Below, piece by piece: positions 13,922 to 22,705 of a stretch of 37,995 bases of DNA; the stretch's first letter is position 1, and every line of letters starts with the position of its first letter. The translations under genes were made by a program, and so were the position numbers. The notes under the pieces are model-generated. The model worked only from the letters and a program-made list of their open reading frames with translations, searched no databases and was not told the origin of the DNA. The stretch comes from a virus. The DNA lies in the IMG/VR virus record IMGVR_UViG_3300044666_000001, positions 1 through 37,995 of that record, one strand, 5' to 3'.

Positions 13922-14980
13922 ATGAAGCACATCAGAGGATTCGATGGATTGCGGGCATTCGCAGTTCTTGGCGTAATGTTCGTTCACCTAGGATGGAAGC
14001 CCTTTGAATATGGCTGGGTTGGCGTCCCCTTCTTCTTCGTGTTGTCCGGATTCCTGATCACCGAAATCTTGCTTGATAACAAAGAGTCCAACGCACGTAC
14101 CTTCTTCTCAGTCTTTTATGTGCGTCGGGCGCTACGAATTTTCCCGCTGTACTTCTTGTATCTCGCTGTGATCGGGGCATGGTGCGCACTCCTGGGCGTC
14201 AAGACCGAAGGGTGGCCGTGGTTCTTCATTTATCTTCAAAACTACTATCTCGGCGCGCGTGACTTGCGTTTGACGCCAGGCATGGACCTTTCGCATACCT
14301 GGTCGTTGGCTGTCGAGGAACAGTTTTATATGCTCTGGCCGCTGGTCATATTCGCCACATCGCGGCAATTGCTAAAGGCTCTCTGCGTGCTGCTCATCGT
14401 GGGTGGGGTCGTCTCGCGTTACTGGATAGCCAACAACCTTCAATATGTGGCATTCGCGCCCCTCTCATCAAACTTAGACACGCTGTGCCTCGGCGCACTT
14501 CTTGCGATACTCGCGCGTGATAGTGATACCAAATTCGCCAACTTCTCTCGGGTAACCCTAGTTATAGGTATCGCGCTTTTGATAGCGATCAATGTCTGGC
14601 CACCTGGCACTCTGAATGCTTCGAATAGCATTTTCATGTTTGTTCTTGCTATCGTGTTCGCTGGCGTAGTAGGCACTGTCGCGTGCAGCACAAACGGCTT
14701 TGGTCTGGAATGGAAGCCGCTCGCCTATATCGGACGCATCAGCTACGGCTTGTACATTTGGCATGCCTTCGGTTATGGAATTGTCAGTGTCGCCGTATAC
14801 CACAAATGGGTGCCGGATCTTGGGTGGATGGTCAATGACATTGCCCGCATCGCGATTACTTTCGGTATTGCGACGGTGTCGTTCCACTACTTCGAGCGGC
14901 CGATTCTGCGCTTGAAAGACCGGGTGTCCTATGGCGCAGCGCGGCCAGGGAGATCGCCCGGGAATGCGGCAACATCCTGA
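13922..14980 (+). CDS. Acyltransferase family 3 (OafA/Oac-like) integral membrane protein; probable O-antigen/surface-glycan acetylase (lysogenic conversion)
   Basis: MKHIRGFDGLRAFAVLGVMFVH N-terminus, multiple TM segments and a SWSLAVEEQFY motif. Visibly AT-rich. Located between attP and the lysis genes. An alternative start is at 13856. Confidence 0.85.
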   Translation: MKHIRGFDGLRAFAVLGVMFVHLGWKPFEYGWVGVPFFFVLSGFLITEILLDNKESNARTFFSVFYVRRALRIFPLYFLYLAVIGAWCALLGVKTEGWPWFFIYLQNYYLGARDLRLTPGMDLSHTWSLAVEEQFYMLWPLVIFATSRQLLKALCVLLIVGGVVSRYWIANNLQYVAFAPLSSNLDTLCLGALLAILARDSDTKFANFSRVTLVIGIALLIAINVWPPGTLNASNSIFMFVLAIVFAGVVGTVACSTNGFGLEWKPLAYIGRISYGLYIWHAFGYGIVSVAVYHKWVPDLGWMVNDIARIAITFGIATVSFHYFERPILRLKDRVSYGAARPGRSPGNAATS

Positions 14981-14982
14981 TG

Positions 14983-15489
14983 CTACTGCCCCGCTTCTGC
15001 GGGGCTTTTTATTTGCGTCAACGCGTCGTAGCTGCGCTCGCAGGCGAGTCCCGCGATGTGGGCAGCGTCAGCGAATTCCGCAAGTCGTCCCGCAGCGTCG
15101 TCAATCCTGCCGAGCAACCCTGTGAGCAGATCGAGGGCGTCCGTTCCGCCGTAGGTTGGCGTGCTTCCGCTGGGAGCGGCGGAACTGCGTACGGAGGCGG
15201 TGAAGGCTGCGAATTGTTTGCGCAGGAGATCAGAAGCAGCATCAGAGGCACGAGCGGCAGCAACGGCAGTGTCAGCAGTTTTTTTCGCATCGATGGATAT
15301 CCCGGTCAGCGTTGTGTTCGTCTGACGATAGAGGTTGTTCGCGTCGGTCAAGTCTTTGATTTGCTTCGCTTGACTGGCGACCGTGGCCGACTGGTCGGCG
15401 TCGTGATGCCCTTTCCAATAGCCGCCACCGGCCGCCAGCACCGCGGCGAGGAGGAAAGCGCCCCACAGGCGCGGGTCGATCCAACTCAC
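14983..15489 (-). CDS. Rz: Rz-like inner-membrane spanin
   Basis: GTG start in an ATGTGA overlap with the endolysin stop. N-terminal TM segment LWGAFLLAAVLAAGGGYW followed by a helical, Ala-rich periplasmic region. 168 aa. Confidence 0.75.
   Translation of the reverse strand: MSWIDPRLWGAFLLAAVLAAGGGYWKGHHDADQSATVASQAKQIKDLTDANNLYRQTNTTLTGISIDAKKTADTAVAAARASDAASDLLRKQFAAFTASVRSSAAPSGSTPTYGGTDALDLLTGLLGRIDDAAGRLAEFADAAHIAGLACERSYDALTQIKSPAEAGQ
14988..15010. terminator. Terminator hairpin between the convergent acyltransferase and Rz genes
   Basis: GCCCCGC-TTCT-GCGGGGC followed by TTTTT. Confidence 0.7.
15018..15290 (-). CDS. Rz1: Rz1-like outer-membrane lipoprotein spanin, fully embedded in Rz in another frame
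   Basis: Signal peptide with lipobox LLISC, and a Pro-rich mature part (SQPSPPPYAVPPLP). Confidence 0.7.
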   Translation of the reverse strand: MRKKLLTLPLLPLVPLMLLLISCANNSQPSPPPYAVPPLPAEARQPTAERTPSICSQGCSAGLTTLRDDLRNSLTLPTSRDSPASAATTR

Positions 15490-15962
15490 ATCGCACCTCC
15501 GGCCTTCACGTATTGCTGCAGCAGTGGCTCGAGCTGATGCTCGACCTGCCCATAGCCGGCGCCGGGCAGGCTCGCCCAGATGTTGCGGCACTTCGAGATC
15601 GCGACCTCGATGCGCCCCGCCTTGATGTCCGGCAGCGCGCCGCGCTCGCGGATCTGCTGGATCGCGATCTTGTCCTGGCTGACGGGCGAGAAGTCGGGGA
15701 GATCGAGCTGCTGCTTGTAGACGTCGAAGTAGCGCGACAGCAACTGGTAGCGTCCTGCGGCGGTCGACCACACGTTGAAGCGCTTGATCCACACCGACTT
15801 GCGCGGATGGTCGGCATAGTTCGCAAACAGGCCACCGCCCACGATGACGTTGTAGCCGTCGTCTGAGCCAGCAATCCGAGACGTGAATTCGGACCAGGCG
15901 AGCATGTCGAGGAAGGCGCAGACGTTTAGGCCACCGGCGGCCACCGGGTCAATGCGGGTCAT
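15486..15962 (-). CDS. Lambda R-type endolysin (lytic transglycosylase, GH104-like)
   Basis: AFLDMLAWSE...GRYQLLSRYFDVYKQQLDLPDFSPVSQDKIAIQQIRERGALP...IWASLPGAGYGQ is nearly collinear with lambda R. ATG at 15962 (MTRIDP). Confidence 0.95.
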   Translation of the reverse strand: MTRIDPVAAGGLNVCAFLDMLAWSEFTSRIAGSDDGYNVIVGGGLFANYADHPRKSVWIKRFNVWSTAAGRYQLLSRYFDVYKQQLDLPDFSPVSQDKIAIQQIRERGALPDIKAGRIEVAISKCRNIWASLPGAGYGQVEHQLEPLLQQYVKAGGAM

Positions 15963-16224
15963 GACCGAGTCTCCCGAAATGACGACGCTTGATCTGGATT
16001 TGCCAAAAGCCCCATGCGGCGGCAATCGCCACCGCGACATTCAGTGTCACTTCGGGTGCGCTATGGCACGCAACCGGTGAACCAATGTTGCCGATGGCAG
16101 CAAAATTCACCAGCGAGAGCACAAGAGCGCCGCCGCTGCGCGTCGGTACGCGATGGGTCAGGACTGCCCAAAGCGAGAGCGCGAAAATTACCGCGTTTGC
16201 CGAGAAATTGATGATGGCGAGCAT
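15949..16224 (-). CDS. Three-TM membrane protein (holin/antiholin candidate)
   Basis: 91 aa with three hydrophobic segments, immediately upstream of the endolysin. Confidence 0.65.
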   Translation of the reverse strand: MLAIINFSANAVIFALSLWAVLTHRVPTRSGGALVLSLVNFAAIGNIGSPVACHSAPEVTLNVAVAIAAAWGFWQIQIKRRHFGRLGHDPH

Positions 16225-16227
16225 GGC

Positions 16228-16548
16228 TTAGCTCCCGAGAATCTTCTGGCGAGCCGCATCCAGCCACTTTGGAATCTGCTGGATAAGGCTGCTCACGCCA
16301 GATAGGCCGAAGACTGACGCCGCCGCGATCGCCGCCATGTGCGTGACGCTGCCTGGCGTGATTGCGTAGTACTCGGCCGCCGCTCCCCCTGCCAGGCAGC
16401 CGATACCCACGCTCGCCCCGAACGAGAGCCCGCGCTGCCACCAATTCCCCGGAATGAACTTGAGTGAGACGGCAGCCCCGAACGCTGCGGAGCCGCCGAT
16501 TTTCACAAGTAACGTCGTTTGGTCATCCATGATTCCCCCATCATCCAC
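16228..16548 (-). CDS. Three-TM membrane protein (holin candidate) with two early Met codons
   Basis: 106 aa beginning MDDGGIMDDQ, followed by three hydrophobic segments. It overlaps the tail-fibre stop by 8 nt. Confidence 0.65.
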   Translation of the reverse strand: MDDGGIMDDQTTLLVKIGGSAAFGAAVSLKFIPGNWWQRGLSFGASVGIGCLAGGAAAEYYAITPGSVTHMAAIAAASVFGLSGVSSLIQQIPKWLDAARQKILGS

Positions 16549-18895
16549 CCACGCGCGTTGCCTTCGCCACCAAACTATTCCGAATTAAGGAGCCATTGCA
16601 GCTTGCACTCCCGGATGCCTCAATAAGCCAGATACCAGTTGCAGGAATAGTCAACGTCGTGTTTGCCAAGCCAGTCGTTCCATTCACCCGCAACGCAATA
16701 TTAATAATTTGCCCCGAAGTAGAATTAATAGAAATAGTATTGAAAGCAGTTCCGGTATATAGCGCTGAACTTCCACTACCACTGCCTGCTGCATAGCAAG
16801 CGCCCCCGGGAGTTCCATTAATAACAGCCTCGACAAAATCACCAGATACAGCCGCAATTGATGTGCCAACATTTGATGAAAACACTACCGGATTCAACCA
16901 ACGCGATATCTCACGTTGAATCGCTTGGATCAGTGGGCGAATTGCTCCGAAATAAATGGTGTAATGCCCAATAATGCTAGGATGATTGCCGGAACCCCCT
17001 AGTGAGTTAGGGTTAGTCAACTCATCACCGATGCCGCACATCACTTCGTCTGGAATCTCATTGAATCCAATGCAGCGAGCATATCCGGCTTGCGACCGGA
17101 ACCTAACCGCAGTCCCAGGGCCAGACATTAAAAGACCATAATATCCATACACGATGCCCTGATAATCAAATACATCCATAACTTTTTTAGAGTTTATGAA
17201 TACTTTATGATGAGCACCAATAGATTCTATTTTTACAACTACTTGCGAACCAACAGAAATTGGATCAATAGGAGTAGACGCAATTGGAACACTGTTCCAA
17301 TAGAATACAGCTTGAGGTACGCTTGGCTGGATATGCAAATGATATGACTGATCCAAATTGTTTGGATTGGCTCGCCAGATCATACCGAATACCGTCGACA
17401 CATCATTAAATACAAAGGCCGCAGAACCGATGAAATTCATATTTAGTGCTGGCCTAACAGCACTACCATTAGCAGCCCATGTAAAAGTATCATTGCTATA
17501 GGATGGTTTAACCCCAGAAGCTACAACCCATGAAGAAAAATCCGGAGCACCGATAGTAAATCGAGTACGGGTAGATGCAATATCATACCCTTCGCGATAA
17601 GCTCGACATAGACGGTTTGCATCAAGCAAGCTTGTATTCAATTCAAGAGCCACTCCTCGTGCAGCATCTGCGACAGCTTGCAAAATTGGATTCAATGACT
17701 TAAAAGGCTCAGTTTTTCTAGTGGGCAACATATCATTCATGATTGCCACACTTGGAACTTTTGTCCACGTACGAATGCGATTGATGATGAGATTTTTCAT
17801 CGTCGCCGCCCACGCATTTGTATCGCCTTGTGTCGCATTCATACCAAAATTTAGAATCACCAGATCTGGTGATTCATCACGGATATGGTTATACCAAGTC
17901 TTCCCTACAACCGAACCAGTAGGCCACAATGTATAATTTGGTACGTCTCTTTGCCAACCGGGGGTTCGATAAAAATTGATAGCCGGATTCTCTGGGGGAT
18001 TAGCTCCGACAAAAGTGTCGCTATTAGCCTCTCCAACATCTTTTCCAGAGATAGAATAATTAACAAAATTCCAAGTAACTCCAGGAAAAGAATCTCGGCA
18101 ATATTGCTCGAAGAGACCTGCCCAAGAATCTCCATAGGCAATGTCATTCGTTCCCTCAGCAATTGAATGTCCCCAGATAGCAACCTTTACGGTACCTCCA
18201 GAGATTGCGGCTTGAAGTTGTCTAATATCTCCAACGCGCCCTTCAATATCATGCGTGACAATCTTGCTTGAACGCCAAGCCTGCATATTGAATACACCAC
18301 CAGCAGAATCAACAATACTGCCAGGTCCAATTAGTGTCTTCGTTGATGCAATACTTGTCGTAAAACTGCCGGGCGGAAGAAAAATTGCAGTATCCTCAGG
18401 AGGAAGCGCCTCTACGGCAGAAAAAGCCGTATCTCCAGACCCAAAATCCGATACCCTTATATCTTCTTGGTTTCGATCATGTTGGGTTCTTGGGACACCT
18501 CCTGTCGCTGTCTGTTTGACCCCAACTAAAGCGTCCCCCTTGGATGCATCGGAGGTATCGGCAAGATCAGAAATGAATCCATTCAGTTGCTGTTGAATTG
18601 AATCAACTGATTGATTTGCATAATAGGCCGGATCCGTTGTGATCACGTCATAAATCAAATTCCCGCTAGAATCCTTCAAAACTTGACGATAAACTCCATT
18701 CCCCCAAATTTTTGCCTCTCCTCGGGCATCCAATATAACCGGATTGGTATTCAGCACTGTCATTTCCGGATCTTGCCAAGTATTCTTGAGGGTACTGGTA
18801 TTGGGAATGTAAAATGTGACAGACCCACCCACCAATGGGTTACCATTGTTATCGAAAAATTGGGTACATCCAGCAGGAAGGATATTTGCCGTCAT
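16541..18895 (-). CDS. Tail fibre/tailspike with a central SGNH/GDSL-type esterase signature
   Basis: 784 aa. The conserved phage fibre N-terminus is present (TQFFDNNGNPLVGGSVTFYIPNTST...NPVILDARGE). SGNH blocks are AIWGHSIAEG (Ser nucleophile), LVILNFGMNA and GSGNHPSIIGH. The gene is markedly more AT-rich than the genome. Confidence 0.85.
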   Translation of the reverse strand: MTANILPAGCTQFFDNNGNPLVGGSVTFYIPNTSTLKNTWQDPEMTVLNTNPVILDARGEAKIWGNGVYRQVLKDSSGNLIYDVITTDPAYYANQSVDSIQQQLNGFISDLADTSDASKGDALVGVKQTATGGVPRTQHDRNQEDIRVSDFGSGDTAFSAVEALPPEDTAIFLPPGSFTTSIASTKTLIGPGSIVDSAGGVFNMQAWRSSKIVTHDIEGRVGDIRQLQAAISGGTVKVAIWGHSIAEGTNDIAYGDSWAGLFEQYCRDSFPGVTWNFVNYSISGKDVGEANSDTFVGANPPENPAINFYRTPGWQRDVPNYTLWPTGSVVGKTWYNHIRDESPDLVILNFGMNATQGDTNAWAATMKNLIINRIRTWTKVPSVAIMNDMLPTRKTEPFKSLNPILQAVADAARGVALELNTSLLDANRLCRAYREGYDIASTRTRFTIGAPDFSSWVVASGVKPSYSNDTFTWAANGSAVRPALNMNFIGSAAFVFNDVSTVFGMIWRANPNNLDQSYHLHIQPSVPQAVFYWNSVPIASTPIDPISVGSQVVVKIESIGAHHKVFINSKKVMDVFDYQGIVYGYYGLLMSGPGTAVRFRSQAGYARCIGFNEIPDEVMCGIGDELTNPNSLGGSGNHPSIIGHYTIYFGAIRPLIQAIQREISRWLNPVVFSSNVGTSIAAVSGDFVEAVINGTPGGACYAAGSGSGSSALYTGTAFNTISINSTSGQIINIALRVNGTTGLANTTLTIPATGIWLIEASGSASCNGSLIRNSLVAKATRVGG

Positions 18896-19060
18896 TTGAG
18901 ATTCCCGAGTAGAAATTTATCTTATGTCTCTGCCCTCGGGAGACTACTTAACGGGCGACTACCGCCAATTTTGAGGTTTGGCTAAACCATGCAAGATCCG
19001 TACTTACTGAAGGCCGTCGGAACGTCTCTCGGCCTTGGAATTGCCACCGCGCTACACGCG

Positions 19061-21214
19061 TTATCTGTTGCCAGAAAGGAGCGCCGCAGTGCTCCCGGGT
19101 ACGATCATCGAACCGAACTTCTGTACCGCATTGCCCATCGGCTGGGCAAATTGTGGGCGCGCCGTAAGTAGCGCTGCGGCCAAGCGTTGACCAGTTTGGG
19201 TATATGGGATCGCCCCAAGGCCGATGCCCCCCAGCGTCGCCAACGTTGACCCCGGCGCCGTCGCTAGACCGGCGGCTACAGAGCCGGGTGCGAGCAACGA
19301 TAACAAGCCACGCCCAACTGTCCCGGAATCAGGGTACTTTGAGCCTAATACTCGTTGACCGGCCCCCGACAGATCTTGCATCAATGCACTGCCGGTAGCA
19401 GATGCCCCCTTACCTGCCGATTTGTCGGCCGCCCGCACAGCATTTTGTAGCTGCGCTGCCGTAAAGACTCCCTCATTGTTCATGGCTCCCTGAGAAGCCC
19501 CTGCTGCGCGAATGCGAACGAAATTGGCCCACGCTTGGTTAGCCTTCGCCAATTGGTCACTAAGCTCCGGAGGGTTTACGCGAGCCAGATTGCTATCTAC
19601 AGCATCACGCAGCGCATTAACTGCCGAACCTAGCTGCCGGTTATCGAAAGATGGATCTCCAAGATACCCCTTAGCGGTACGTGCAAGTTCACTCTGAACG
19701 CCCTTGAGCGTCTGTCCATCCATATTGGCTTGAGGACCGAGCTTGTCGAAGATTTGCGTTTTCAGGACGCGCATGAACGTCTTCTGCTGAGCATCCGGCA
19801 GCGACTGCGCCATCTGCCCCAAGTTCACCACATCAGATTGGAACTGAGGATCGACACGCATCTGCATTTTCGGCAGAATATCGTCATATACGGCCCCAAT
19901 CTGCTTGCCAACCTGCTCGATACCCTCTTGGCCTACTTTGCCGCTGAATTTCTGCCCGATCGGCGCAAGCGCCTGGTTATAAGCGGCCTCATTGAACTGC
20001 CCCACCGAACGCTGCTGAGCGTTCTTGATCATGTCGCCAAGAACCGGAAGGCTCGTCAACTTGTCCTCGGTGCGTGCAAACCCACCGCCAAGAATCTGTC
20101 CCGGCGTAGGTTGGACGCCTTTGTCCATAAGGGTGCGCACATCACTGGAAACGTTTGGCGAGATAGCACGGCCAAGGCCGTACACCAGGGGTGACATGAC
20201 GCCTCCTGCGGCAGCCCCTAACGCTCCCTGTTGCAATTTATCTGACCAAAACGATTGACTATCGGGGTCGGTAGGAGATACGAGAGACCCAAGCCCTCCG
20301 ACCAACGCTCCCTGACGCGCCGCTCCCCATAAAGTCGAAGCAGCCTTACCCAGACGGGCGATGGGAAGTGTGGCCGCGACCGAACCACCTAGTTCGCCCC
20401 CGAACGTCGCCTTCGGATTGGCTTCTGCATACGGAGCAACTTGAGCGAAGAGGTTTCGAAGACCCTCATTCGCGTCATTCGTAAGCCATGGCCCGACTCG
20501 ATCCGAACCTAAGGCTTCCAAGCCTTTCCCGATCAACTGCTGCGCGCCAAGCACGGTTGAGCCAAATCCTTTCCCAAGACCAGCTCCGATGGATTCCATA
20601 ATGCCTGGGGATTCTTTGGATGCGACCGACGGCGTAGTAGATACTTTTTGCGGTGATGCAGCATCCTTCGGCGCAAAAGCCGAGAAAATCTCATCGTCAG
20701 TTGGTCCGGACGCAGGACTAGACGAAGGCGCGCTCCCCTTCGAGAAGGCGGCGAAAACGGCGTCATCGCTAATGCCTACAGGAGACTGCGAAGTGGGGAT
20801 GCCCGGCAGTGTTTGAGATTTCTGTGGCATTTTCATGCGTCCAAAGACGTCTTGCGAATATGCGGTGGCACCTTTTGGGACATTCGGAGATCCTGCTCCT
20901 TCGTTATAGGCCACAAGAGCTTTCACCGGGTCATTGAACTTGTTCAATTGTTGCCCTAGATACCAAGATCCAACTTCCGTACCGACTTCCGGCTTTAACA
21001 GATCCTCCATCTTGTATCGCGTCCCGTTCGCGGCGTTGTAATCGGCCAAAGCAGGCGCACGGACCTGCATTAGACCCGCAGCGCCTTGACCACCGCCTTT
21101 TCGATTCCACGCTGTCGGAACGCCGCTCGACTCCTTCTGGATCACGGCATTGAGCAGCGACGGATCTATGTCGTGCTTTTTGGCCGATGCAAGTACGAGC
21201 GACGACAAGTCCAT
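19061..21214 (-). CDS. Internal virion/ejection protein with an N-terminal SLT lytic transglycosylase domain
   Basis: IQKESSG...AAGLMQV...YNEGAG are SLT motifs. The long Gly/Ala-rich remainder and the position before the tail fibre fit an ejection protein. Confidence 0.8.
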   Translation of the reverse strand: MDLSSLVLASAKKHDIDPSLLNAVIQKESSGVPTAWNRKGGGQGAAGLMQVRAPALADYNAANGTRYKMEDLLKPEVGTEVGSWYLGQQLNKFNDPVKALVAYNEGAGSPNVPKGATAYSQDVFGRMKMPQKSQTLPGIPTSQSPVGISDDAVFAAFSKGSAPSSSPASGPTDDEIFSAFAPKDAASPQKVSTTPSVASKESPGIMESIGAGLGKGFGSTVLGAQQLIGKGLEALGSDRVGPWLTNDANEGLRNLFAQVAPYAEANPKATFGGELGGSVAATLPIARLGKAASTLWGAARQGALVGGLGSLVSPTDPDSQSFWSDKLQQGALGAAAGGVMSPLVYGLGRAISPNVSSDVRTLMDKGVQPTPGQILGGGFARTEDKLTSLPVLGDMIKNAQQRSVGQFNEAAYNQALAPIGQKFSGKVGQEGIEQVGKQIGAVYDDILPKMQMRVDPQFQSDVVNLGQMAQSLPDAQQKTFMRVLKTQIFDKLGPQANMDGQTLKGVQSELARTAKGYLGDPSFDNRQLGSAVNALRDAVDSNLARVNPPELSDQLAKANQAWANFVRIRAAGASQGAMNNEGVFTAAQLQNAVRAADKSAGKGASATGSALMQDLSGAGQRVLGSKYPDSGTVGRGLLSLLAPGSVAAGLATAPGSTLATLGGIGLGAIPYTQTGQRLAAALLTARPQFAQPMGNAVQKFGSMIVPGSTAALLSGNR

Positions 21215-22704
21215 TACTGGCCTCCGGGCATCTGAATGACACCGGCGCGCACCAAGTTACCCAAGTCTGCCTTGAACTTGGACAACTGCTGAGGCGACTG
21301 GCGCTTGATGAATTCCTGTTGTTGCTTCGGATTCATCGACGTGAATACGAAAGCATCCGGGTTCACAGTCTTGTTCCACTGCGACTGCCATTTATTGAAC
21401 TGGTCAGTCGTCAAGCCAGAATTCTGGAAAGCATAATCTTGTGCCACTCGCATCTTTTCGGCAGCAAGAGTCTTGGTCAGGATGTCCTCGTTTGCGAGCT
21501 TGGAAATTCCCGGGTTCGCATTCCCCGTCACAGCGGCATTCAGACGCGCATCAGTACCAGTGCCCAGAGATCCAGAAATGGACGAAGCATAGTTCGTCAG
21601 GATTTTCTTGAACTCGTCGTAATCCTTCACGTCGCCAGTCCAGCCGATCGCCTTAGCGGTGTCTGGCGCCAATGCATTGAAGAACGACTTAGCTTGGTTA
21701 CGCCAATCGGTACCCGGACCAGTCTGGATACCGCTCAAAGCTTCACGGGCGTTCTCAAGCAGATTGATGCGCATCGGAGCGTCAGACGCCGCGTCGTGAA
21801 GTGTCTGCGCAGCCGTGTTCGAGGTTCCAGCTTGTGCTTGGAGAGCCGTTTGCTGCCCAGGCGAAAGTCCCTTTTGGATCGCTCCCGGCGGCAACTCGCT
21901 TTGCATGGTGCCCTGATCGTATCGACCGGTATAGCCTCCAGGGCGTTGCTGCGCTCCTTGACCGGCAAGCCACTGACCTTTCGTGATCGAATACGGAGTG
22001 CCCTGAGGCGTGACACCTTGAACCTCTTGGGTCTGTTCACCAGGAGTAAGAGTGTTCTGAAGCGTTCCTGTAACTCGGGGCTGTCCGGTGAGAGGATCGA
22101 TTGCAAGAATGTTGGTCGCGCCGCCCGTATTAACGACTTGGGTCTGCGGAACGAGCAAAGCCGCTTGCGATTTGGCGTCCTGCAAGCTGATCCAGTGATT
22201 CTTTGCCCAATCCTTCAACTCCGCGGGATCGTCTGGAACCTGCGATGCATACAATTGCGCTTGCTGCGGGGAAATCATCCCTGTCGAAATGCCAGATGCG
22301 AGCGACTTCAACACGTCCTGAGGCGTGAGCTTATCGCCCTTAGCCACCATCCCGCCAAGTTGGCTGTCCCAAAACCCGATTTGCTTTTGGATGCCTTCCA
22401 GTTTCGAGTTCTGAGCGCTGTATTGCGCCCCCTGCATCTGATGCAGCCGTGTGGCGATCTCCGGCAAGTTGTATGCCGAATTCGGGTCTTTTGCGAGGGC
22501 AGCAAGAACGCTTGGAACATTGACCTCACCTTGGTCGTTAGTGTTCCCCTGAATAGCCGCCGATGCCGCCTGATTCGCGGCCATTTGCTGCTTGATTTGC
22601 TGTTGCTGCAACAACTTCCCTTGAAGACCGAGCAAATTCAATACCGATCCACCGACGTCGGGAATTTTTTGCTGGGTAGGAATGATCGAGGCGTCAATAG
22701 GCAT
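21214..22704 (-). CDS. Internal virion/ejection protein (Gln-rich)
   Basis: ATG at 22704 (MPIDASIIP) lies 1 nt after the upstream stop, and the stop overlaps the next ATG. Position in the structural operon. Confidence 0.7.
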   Translation of the reverse strand: MPIDASIIPTQQKIPDVGGSVLNLLGLQGKLLQQQQIKQQMAANQAASAAIQGNTNDQGEVNVPSVLAALAKDPNSAYNLPEIATRLHQMQGAQYSAQNSKLEGIQKQIGFWDSQLGGMVAKGDKLTPQDVLKSLASGISTGMISPQQAQLYASQVPDDPAELKDWAKNHWISLQDAKSQAALLVPQTQVVNTGGATNILAIDPLTGQPRVTGTLQNTLTPGEQTQEVQGVTPQGTPYSITKGQWLAGQGAQQRPGGYTGRYDQGTMQSELPPGAIQKGLSPGQQTALQAQAGTSNTAAQTLHDAASDAPMRINLLENAREALSGIQTGPGTDWRNQAKSFFNALAPDTAKAIGWTGDVKDYDEFKKILTNYASSISGSLGTGTDARLNAAVTGNANPGISKLANEDILTKTLAAEKMRVAQDYAFQNSGLTTDQFNKWQSQWNKTVNPDAFVFTSMNPKQQQEFIKRQSPQQLSKFKADLGNLVRAGVIQMPGGQ

Positions 22705-22705
22705 A

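Noticed and set aside
14980-15866. Plus-strand ORFs 14980-15537 and 15513-15866, and the long 14983-15792 minus-strand frame.
   Set aside because: The region is fully explained by the endolysin (strong lambda R similarity), Rz starting at GTG 15489, and the embedded Rz1. The upstream extension of the Rz frame overlaps the endolysin and is Arg/Ala-rich without a start context.
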